NCBI RefSeq assembly: GCF_009914755.1
Contig: NC_060933.1
DNA length: 64,000 nt
Origin: the human T2T-CHM13v2.0 reference genome, Homo sapiens
Reading direction: 5' to 3' (one strand)
Shown here: piece after piece, positions 48,480-64,000 of the stretch
Layout of the letters: each line of letters opens with the position of its first letter
How positions within the stretch are numbered: position 1 is the first letter of the stretch
Notes under the pieces: model-generated
Told to the model about the DNA's origin: nothing
Seen by the model: only the letters and a program-made list of their open reading frames with translations
Databases searched by the model: none
Program-made: the position numbers and the translations under genes

Positions 48480-49000
48480 AAGCTGGGGGCACGACCGAAT
48501 CCTGCCTCTGTCCACCGCCATCTCGTTCCTCACCGCAGGGGGCCCTTCTTGCTCCCTCCACTGCTGCGCTCTGCCGTCTGCTCCCGCCAGGGGTCCCCAC
48601 CACCTCTGCGGACGGAGGAGCCGCCTCCCAGGCCCGGGCGTGCCCAGGGCGGGTGGAGGGCGTGGGGCGGGCCGGTATTTCCTGACCCGCTGGAGGAGCC
48701 GGCCCCACAGGCTTGTGGCCTCCCCGGAGCCGGTGAGTCAGGAACTTCCTACTTCAAGAGGCTTCCCCAGTGCAGCAGAAAACAAACTAGTCGCCCCCAA
48801 TGCTCCCGACCTCTGTGATGTCCACACCCGCGGAAATGGGGGCCCCAAACCAGCAGGCTCTGTTCTAGGCTTCTCAGCGCTGGTGCGGCTCTTGGAGAAG
48901 GCTCGGCAGGGGCGGGTGGGGCATGGGGGGGTTCACAGGTGGAGACAGCCCGTCTCCGCCCCACAGACGGCTGGGCGCAGTCCCGAAATATTCTTCCCAA
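48480..49000. promoter_or_regulatory. CpG/GC-rich intergenic element, candidate enhancer
   Basis: Local CpG enrichment, GC boxes, AP-1 TGAGTCA (48734-48740) abutting ETS-like GGAA/TTCC, KLF CCACACCC. Confidence 0.45.
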
Positions 49001-49924
49001 GTGGACTTTTTTGCTGACAACCTAGAGGAGAGGGTTTCGGGTAGGATAACAGTAGATCCACCTTGTTCCCTTGTGCCACACTGTGTCACACTGGGAACCA
49101 GCAATTCTCAATGGTGCCTTGAAGCCAACTGCACGCACTTGTGGTTAGAGGTTACCAATGGCCCCATATTGGTGCCCTCACCTCCTGCCCTCCGCAAGTG
49201 AGGATGCTTGGCATCAGCAGAGCTGCCAGGTCTGCACTTGGTGTAGCTGCGAATATGTCATTTCCTGGACAACTGTTTTCCTAAAACAGTGCTAAAAAAA
49301 AAAAAAAAAAACCCTTGGGACACAGAGAAGTGTGGGCACAAACCAATCCTATCTTCCCCCAAAAGGCCAGGGTGAAATTTTCAAAGCTGGCTGTGGAAAC
49401 GGGGCCTCCCACTGCACATGTCCAGCCAGTGCCAGGCACAAGGCTGCTGCCCTTTCGAGTTGTCCACGTGAAACAGCTCCGCACTGCCTGCAGCTTCACA
49501 GAAACTAGTGATTCCAGCCACGCCACCAGGAGTACCGGCTTGAGCACTGGTGATACCAGATAAATAATGAAACTCAGGTGTGCCCTCATTTCACCACCTC
49601 CTCCTGCCCCAGCCCCAAGCAATGAGGTCCCCAAAGAGCTAGAGCAGCAACCAGTTGAATGTGCATGCAAAAAATACTCCTGGCCATAAGCAGCCTCTCG
49701 CAATCCTCGCACTACATCAGCCCGAATTCCACGTCACCACGGTCTGAGAGCCTCCCCCTCCACCGTGGATGGGGGTGGAACTGAGAGCTATCTAGGTCTC
49801 CAGCTCCTCCCAGGGGCCAGCTCCCCAGCCCAGGGGGCTTCCAATGACACCAGGCTGCTTCCACAACTAGGGTCATATCTTCATGCAACAAAACAGTCCC
49901 GTGACACGGAGCCACAAGTTATAT

Positions 49925-49930
49925 TTTATT
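49925..49930 (-). terminator. FNBP1: FNBP1 distal polyadenylation signal (second AATAAA at 49987-49992)
   Basis: TTTATT on + strand at the boundary of the AT-rich UTR-like sequence; upstream UGUA motifs on - strand. Confidence 0.75.
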
Positions 49931-51857
49931 TTAACACGAGATTAACATATAGTTACAAGGTCAATACAAGCCTCCAGTGGAAGCTCTTTATTTGGTTTAA
50001 TTCCATCTCCAGAGACAAACAGGCAACTCTAGGACCTTTACAGTGGCGATCGGCCTCACACAGCAAAATGCCTCCAAAGTTTAGAATTAGTGCAACACAC
50101 ATACGAACGTTTTAAAGGTGCTCAACATCAGGTTAAAATAGAATTCTGGACCTTTTTAAAAAGTTTTTGGATGATATAAGCACAGGAGGCAGAGCCAATA
50201 AGAAACATGAAACCAATATTTCTGGAAAAACACTTAGCATGAACGTCACTTTTTGACGTCGTGTAAACTTTCTTCTGCAATGACGGATGTTACCAAAAGG
50301 CATTGAGACCTTTGCGCTGCGCTGGTTAGACAAGCCGCAGGCTTATCTCCACGGTGAGCAGGATAAAAACCCCCAAGGAACAGCCCATGACAACCTTCTG
50401 TGCCTTTTTATACTTTCCCATCCTACAAAGGAAAAACTGGGTAAAGGACAAGTTCCTCCCTTTCATTGCGTTTCTAAGAACTTTTCAGGGCAGGTTCTTT
50501 TAAAATTAGTCATCTTACAACACAACAGTATTCTAGCACGGTGGCGAAGTGACAGGCGGCAGATACGGGGGAGGAAGGAGACGTTCACGGGAAATTCCAC
50601 ATTCTACTCTATGTGAACTGCTCCAGAAAAATACAGACATGATTTCACAGTAGGATTCCCAGAGTAAATGATGATACATAGGACAACTGACCTCCTCTAA
50701 GAAGCCCGGCTGGGGCAGCAGTGAGCTTTTCATGGAGCCACGCAGACTGGCCCGGAAGCAACACCCAGGTTCAACATTTAAGAGCACTCGCTATAACATT
50801 CTTTTTGGACGCAGGTGGTGGAAAAGTTTAAAAAACAGGCGGAGGAGTGACGGGGGGATACAAGCATATCCTATACTGGGGGTGACGGTCATTCAAAGAG
50901 CAAATTACTGCAGCTTATATCTTTTCCACTATGTTGCAAGAAATGAATCTATCCTGACCCATAATATGAAAGATGCGACGCACATGCATTCCCGAGGCTC
51001 TAAAATCCCATTTTAAAGAACCGTTTCACATCCTCGTGGAGTGGAGAGTGGTCCACTTGACTTGGTGAGGTCAGAAGTTCCTGAAGATCCCTGTCGTCCC
51101 CGTTGGCGGGGGAGCCCATTGTGGAGCTGTGGGGACTGCCACACTCACCATGCACCTGTTGGTTTGCAGGGACAGAGGTGCGGCCCTGACTCTTCTCACC
51201 CTGTGTCATCCGGGCTTGTCTTTCGTCTGTCAAGTCAGTCCTCCTGCGTGACTGATGGGTGCACCACGCTTAGGTCACCCGTTGCAGGGACCGGAAGTCC
51301 ATGGCTCTGCCGCAACCCTGAGCGGTTTGCAGTCCCCCCCGGGGAAGAAGCAGTCAGAGAGGCTCACGCTCACCTACTTTAAAAACCCAAAGCCACTTCC
51401 TCTTCACCTGCCTGGGCCTCAGCGTCTCTGCGCTTGTGGTTTCTCGTCCCCGAGGGCTGACTGAGCTGCTCCGGAAGGGTGGTGTGTGGTCAACCTTGGT
51501 TGGCTGAGAGGAGCAATTTCCTGGTTTCCACAAGTAAAGACAGCCCCATCCCTTGGGACCTGTCCTTTCCGTCCCTGTCCCTTTGGCTTCTATAGGACTT
51601 CCTTGTCTTAGATTCATAAACAGCAAGAGGAACTGAGGATGCTTGAGGGGACCACCTAGTTACCAAAGCCAAGCAAAGAATAAAGCTGCCCGACATCATC
51701 CCCAGGCTTCCGTGGCGCTCTCGGTCACAGGAGCTCTAGGCCAATGGTTCCTCTTGACTGTTTCTGCACCAAATGAGAGGAGGGGCTGCTCTGCTCTAAG
51801 GCGTGGCGGCGGGGGGGGGGTGGTGGCCACAGATTAGGGGACCTCAGGTTTTCCTCA

Positions 51858-52752
<895 letters not shown>

Positions 52753-53267
52753 TCAGGAGAGGAGGAAGTGTTTTCTACAGCAGGCAGTCTGGGACACACG
52801 GATGACATCGACACGGATGACATCGAGTGCTCAGTCCGCCTGATGTGCGCTGGACCTGCCTTGTCTCCTCAGGGGACCCGTGATGACACTTTCACAAAAG
52901 GCACTGTGTGAAGCGCGGAAGGGCTGCCAGGACGAGCCCGGGTGGACTGAGGGCCCAGGAAGGAGCAGGTGGGGGCGTGTGTCCCACCGTCTCAGTGGCC
53001 TGCGCGGGGTGGGGAGGGGGAGCGATGAGGACTGACCCGAGCCATGGGGGTGGGCGCTGGCGAGACTTGTCCCCCACGAGGTGGCCCGGGCTGGGCGGGA
53101 GGGCAGGGCCGCAGGGAGCATGCTGGAGAGAGAGAGAGAGACCGCCCCGCAGGGATGGGGCTGCGGAGGGGTGGGCTGTCCACAGGGCAGGGCGCTGGAG
53201 GCCTGTGGGAACAAGCAGACGGAGGCTCCTCCAGGAAGGCTCACCCGAGGCTCGCAGGCACTCCCCT

Positions 53268-53275
53268 CTAGGAAT
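53268..53275 (-). CDS. FNBP1: FNBP1 terminal exon coding part, (G)AT TCC TAG = D-S-stop
   Basis: - strand reads tttctgtttctctttgtgttgtag|ATTCCTAG; completes the known C-terminus ...CLDKNAKDS. Confidence 0.9.
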
Positions 53276-53603
53276 CTACAACACAAAGAGAAACAGAAAG
53301 AGAAACTCTCTGTTAGAGAGGAAGGCGCGGGTTCCAGGCGGGCATTTTGCTCTTGGCTACAAACTGCACCGCCCTGGGAGGGGAGGGTAGTGGGAGGGGA
53401 GGGATGGGAGGGGGCGTCTTAGAGCAATCGGTTACCACAGGGCGGGTCTGAGATGAGGAACTTTCACGGTTTTCTCTCTAGCCTTTAGCTGGTCTTTCCT
53501 TCAGAGTTAAGAGAAGCCCAAACAGGAGACTGATGAGGCCATCCGCCCCAACTCGTCTTTCTCATAAGTTTAGTTTTGAGAGAAAGTAAGAAACGGAGGC
53601 CGG

Positions 53604-54217
<614 letters not shown>

Positions 54218-55095
54218 AATGCATCAATTTCCTAGAATGGTACAAGGAACATGAAGGTCCAGTTCTCTCAGAAGGAAACTCTTGGCTCTTCAGCAGTACA
54301 ATGTAAAATCTTTGGTGAAAAGGAAAACCTGTTGTTCTGTATTCATTCCGCAATAAACCGTGAAAAGCTCTTCATCTCAAGGAGAGAGAAAAGAAACAAA
54401 AGAAACACAGACTTCTCAGGCCCTGAGTGCACGCAAGATCAGAAACAGGGGAGGTGCCATCATTTAAAGGAGGAGGTAGGGGTGGGAGGCAGAATTTTTA
54501 AAAAAGCATTGGGCTAGAAAATCCCCTATTACTGGAGATGAAAGAGTTAAATATTCATATTACACAGAATAATTTTCTTGGAAACATGAAAAGTCACTTA
54601 AAATACACAATACTGAGAAAAAATATAACATTTATTAGAGAAGCAGATACGAGGGTACAACTAAAAGATGCCAGACAGAGTCTTTTAGGATAAGAATAGA
54701 AAGAGACAATCATGTTGCTGTATTCAAACAAAACTTACTCAGAACCCCAGAGTTTATAATAAACTCAAGTGCGGAGCCGCAGCGGGGACCTAGCTCCCCA
54801 TGCGAGAGGCTTCGCGGCTTTCCGGCAGTTATAAAAACAGAAAGGTCATTAGGCAGCAGGAGAACCCATAAAACAAACAGATAAAAGTACAACATTAAAA
54901 CAACTCATTCGAGTACTGCTTTTAGTTTTTAAGTTGCAGTATATACACACGTATTCTGTGGGGGGAATTATGAAAATATTTAACAGAGAGCAATCGAAGA
55001 ACCAAAAAACCACAAAAGAAAGTCACAATCCAATTGACCCACCGGAAGTTACTCTAGTCTAAATATTTTGGCAATTATTAAATAAGCACATCGTA

Positions 55096-55096
<1 letters not shown>

Positions 55097-55145
<49 letters not shown>
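55097..55145. repeat. (AC)n microsatellite, ~24 units
   Basis: Directly visible. Confidence 0.98.
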
Positions 55146-55149
<4 letters not shown>

Positions 55150-56054
55150 AAAAGGTTGACCGGCATTATAAAAATAAAACAGCTGCACTGAGTTATGGGC
55201 CTAAGAAAACAGTGGCTTTGCCCACATCAGATGGGTTGAAGGAGGGCAGTGTTTGTGGGCAAGTTGGACAGAGTTATAAACAGAGTAGGCAGGAAAAGCT
55301 TCTCTGTACATATTATTAATCTCTAAGTGTAACTTTCAAATAAAAGGAGAAAATTATATAAGTAGCTGAGATTTTGCTGCTTTTATATTAACAGACAACT
55401 GCTAGAAGATAATAAAGTATACTTTGGGTGGAAATGGAAATTCCTGATTCTTTGGAATTTGGTTTTCTAATATTTCATGCATTGATGCGATGGACCTGAA
55501 ATTTACAAAATATCTTTTAACTGTTTAGTCAATATTACAGAGATTCACCTGTTATAGTACTGAGGCATACAACTTAATGATCGTACATTTAAAATTATCA
55601 TCATAAATTTATGTGCCCAAACCCCTCCCACCCCATTCCCCCTGAAACCAACTGAGCTATTTTCTGAATTAAATTTGAATAACGAAATAAATTTGAATAA
55701 TCAAGAAAAAAATACACAGCTTGACAGAATGCCTTTTTTCAAAGCAGACTTTCACAAGGTTAATGTCGTCTTGCCCTATTTTCGAGTTTTTCAGTGGTTA
55801 GTTTGCTTTGTCCAGGAGTTCACAGACTGGAAATGAGTTTGTCATCGGATAGAAAGGTCAGATTTTAATACCTTAGGTTTCCCATTCACTTGTTTACTGG
55901 GTAAAGCTGGAAACTTCCTACTGCTCATTTAAACAGATCCTTGTGGTTGAAGGGTCAGCTGATTTTCTTGCTGCAATATTTACAAAGAGGCCTGGGGTCG
56001 GGATGGGTGGCTTTATTGATACTATGCCAGCAAAAGTATCCAAAAGAAATTTGG

Positions 56055-57851
<1,797 letters not shown>

Positions 57852-58554
57852 TCAGCAATGCAATGTAAAAATCAAGTGGTCAATTCACCAAACTTTTCCA
57901 GATTTCAGCTGGTTGTCTGGGATCATGTAGATGGAACAGGGTACTCGTGATGCCCTACCAAGGATGCTGACCATGTTTAAGTAAAAACACACACTTTTGG
58001 TGCCAAAATAAGAATCTTATTTACTGCTTTAGTCAAGAAGGAGATGTTATTTCACTTGTGACTTCCTCCCAAGTGAATGAGTATACAATTTAACAAACTA
58101 ACACAGTTCAGTTTATTAAGTTACAATCTGTAACCACCTAATGTAGCTCAGTGTATGGTGGATACTAGATATAAACAAGAGTAGGGAAGTCTTTGGCACC
58201 TGCATGATGCGTGCCGGCTTTTAAATTCAGAAAGATGAGAAGCTACAATGCAACTTTTTTTTTAATCTACAGATACCGCCAAAAGAAGAAATGTTTATCA
58301 GATTTTGAATGACATAGCTGTAAGTTGGCGGTTGGCAGCTTTCCACATAAAATTTCATCAGCAAGTGAAACTTGATTACAGCCCAAACTAGACAAGGCAA
58401 TTCAGGTGCCCGGACCCTGAAGTCCACGTGAGACTACAGGAGAACGTGCATTATGGTGCTTGCCAGCCAGTCTCTTGAGGAACTGCCTGTAACAGTCACG
58501 GTTGTGGGGAGAAACAACTCCATTTTTTTTAAGTTTTTTTTTTTTATGGTATTA

Positions 58555-62468
<3,914 letters not shown>

Positions 62469-62627
62469 AGGAAGGAAGGAAGGAAGGGAAGGAAGGGAAG
62501 GAAGGGAAGGGAGGGAAGGGAAGGGAAGGAAGGAAGGGGAAGGGGAAGGGGAAGGGGAAGGGAAGGTAGGAAGGAAGGAAGGAAGGACAAAGGAATAAAA
62601 ATGATCAGAAGGAAGGAAGGAAGGAAA
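62469..62627. repeat. Polypurine (GGAA/GGGAA/GGGGAA)n low-complexity tract, Alu-tail derived
   Basis: Directly visible. Confidence 0.95.
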
Positions 62628-62698
62628 AGTGAAAGAAGAGTAACTCAGATATTATGGTTTATAAAAGGCAGGGGAATCCAGCAGACATGAAATGTCAC

Positions 62699-62835
62699 CT
62701 TCAAATGTGTAGAGAGCTTTGCACGTCCCTATGGCAGGGAGGGGCTCCTCATCATCAAACTCGTCGTCAAAATCCGTGGCCAGCACCTTCATCTCACTCT
62801 CCTGACTCTGCTCCTCTGTGTAACTGCCATCTGGG
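62699..62835 (-). CDS. FNBP1: FNBP1 exon, PDGSYTEEQ...[25 protein letters not shown] (acidic stretch plus SH3 start)
   Basis: ttgagcag| acceptor and AAG|gtgaca donor; 137 nt; ALYxF SH3 motif. Confidence 0.96.
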
Positions 62836-63159
62836 CTGCTCAAGAAAGGAAAACACAAAGCAACTAAAGCGACTGACCCCAGGGAGGACTCAGATTGAGT
62901 CCCTGCGACTGGAGAGCACTTGCAACCCCGCCCCTCAGCGAGTGCTGTAACTGAGGCCATGGTAAATCATCGCACGCTCAGATCACCCATCCCATGTGGA
63001 ATTATAAATCTGCATCATGGAAAAAGTGACAGGTCAATCGCAACAGACATTTTGGCATTGAACAAGTGCCTTATGGTCATTCCAGATTCCAAAATTTAGA
63101 AATAAATACAAAGCCAACAGGCTCCCTTGCCAGAGGCAGGCGCTGTGCAGATACTGTAC

Positions 63160-63281
63160 CTCTCACGGTCCTGGGCGCAGTTGTTGACTGTGGGTGGGTT
63201 CTGGCTGTCGTACAGTCCGCTCTGCCGGCGCGCCTGCTCGTTGCGTGCTGGGAGCCGGCCTTCAACCTCAGCCAGCCAGGC
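63160..63281 (-). CDS. FNBP1: FNBP1 exon, [40 protein letters not shown] (end of HR1 plus linker)
   Basis: tgtctccag| acceptor and GAG|gtacag donor; 122 nt; in phase with next exon. Confidence 0.95.
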
Positions 63282-63313
63282 CTGGAGACAAAAGCAATGA
63301 GAGACTCCAACCT

Positions 63314-63395
63314 AAGGCCATCTGAGGGTCAGCCCAGAGTGTCCTAAGGTCCCAAAGGCCATCTGAGGGCCAGCCCGGAGCATCCTAAGGTCCCA
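63314..63395. repeat. 41-bp imperfect tandem duplication
   Basis: aaggccatctgagggYcagcccRgagYRtcctaaggtccca at 63314 and 63355. Confidence 0.92.
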
Positions 63396-63851
63396 AACTC
63401 AGGGGCTACTCTTGGCCATTTAACCCAATGTGAGGAAGTCCACGTGGGGGCAGAATGGCCACGTTTTCTGCCTTCGACTGTTCAAATGTACTGAAGGACG
63501 GTTGCTTCCATTTCACCCGAAGTTGGAGACATAGAAACAAACTCATATTTATGTGGTTGCCCACGATGGGGCAGAAAGCACACTGGACTATGCTATCCCC
63601 TTGGGCTTTTAAGCAGCAGTGCAGTCTTGGATAAGTCACTTCTAGTTCCTTCTTGACCATGAGGTCGCCCTGTGATACCTGAAGGTACAGCCATGCTTAA
63701 AGCAGTGACTCAGTTTGAAAGCCACACTTCCTATTTTTTAGGAGTGTAACTTTTTTTTTTGATAGAAATGAAACTTGTACTTAAAGTAGATAAAATGACC
63801 TTCAGCATTTGAAACAGTATAAACAAGTCAAAGGAATAAAAATGACGAGAA

Positions 63852-64000
63852 GGCCGGGCGCGGTGGCCACACCTGTAATCCCAGCACTTTGGGAGGCCGA
63901 GGTGGGTGAATCACTTCAGGTTGGGAGTTTCAGACCAGCCTGGCCAACATGGTGAAACCCTGTCTCTACTAAAAGTACAAAAATTAGCTGGGGGTGGTGG
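63852..64000 (+). mobile_element. Alu truncated by window end
   Basis: ggccgggcgcggtggc... Alu 5' consensus. Confidence 0.93.

Overview
Human (primate) euchromatic DNA, Alu-dense, recognisable as the USP20/FNBP1 locus (9q34.11, from recall). The window opens inside USP20 intron 1; exon 1 and the promoter lie upstream. On the + strand I can trace one non-coding exon (12385-12496) and 23 coding exons (ATG 15128 to TGA 43001). They splice with GT-AG junctions into an intact 2742-nt ORF (913 aa: ZnF-UBP, USP catalytic domain, two DUSP domains), followed by a 3'UTR ending at tandem AATAAA signals (44536, 44547). The mirtron MIR6855 lies at the 3' end of intron 13. On the - strand, convergent with USP20, are the last four exons of FNBP1/FBP17 (linker, acidic stretch, SH3, terminal 'DS*' exon and a ~3.3 kb 3'UTR). 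Nearly all entries in the ORF track are spurious (Alu-derived or GC-rich open frames). I found no new gene or exotic system. The most interesting signals are RNA-processing features: an in-frame uORF and a regenerated (recursive-type) 5' splice site at the USP20 start exon; an internal acceptor that would delete 8 aa from the membrane-targeting insert, as in the Golgi isoform of USP33; a NAGNAG acceptor inside the FNBP1 tankyrase-binding motif; and alternative FNBP1 C-termini. Exon numbers assume exon 1 is outside the window. Repeat boundaries are approximate.
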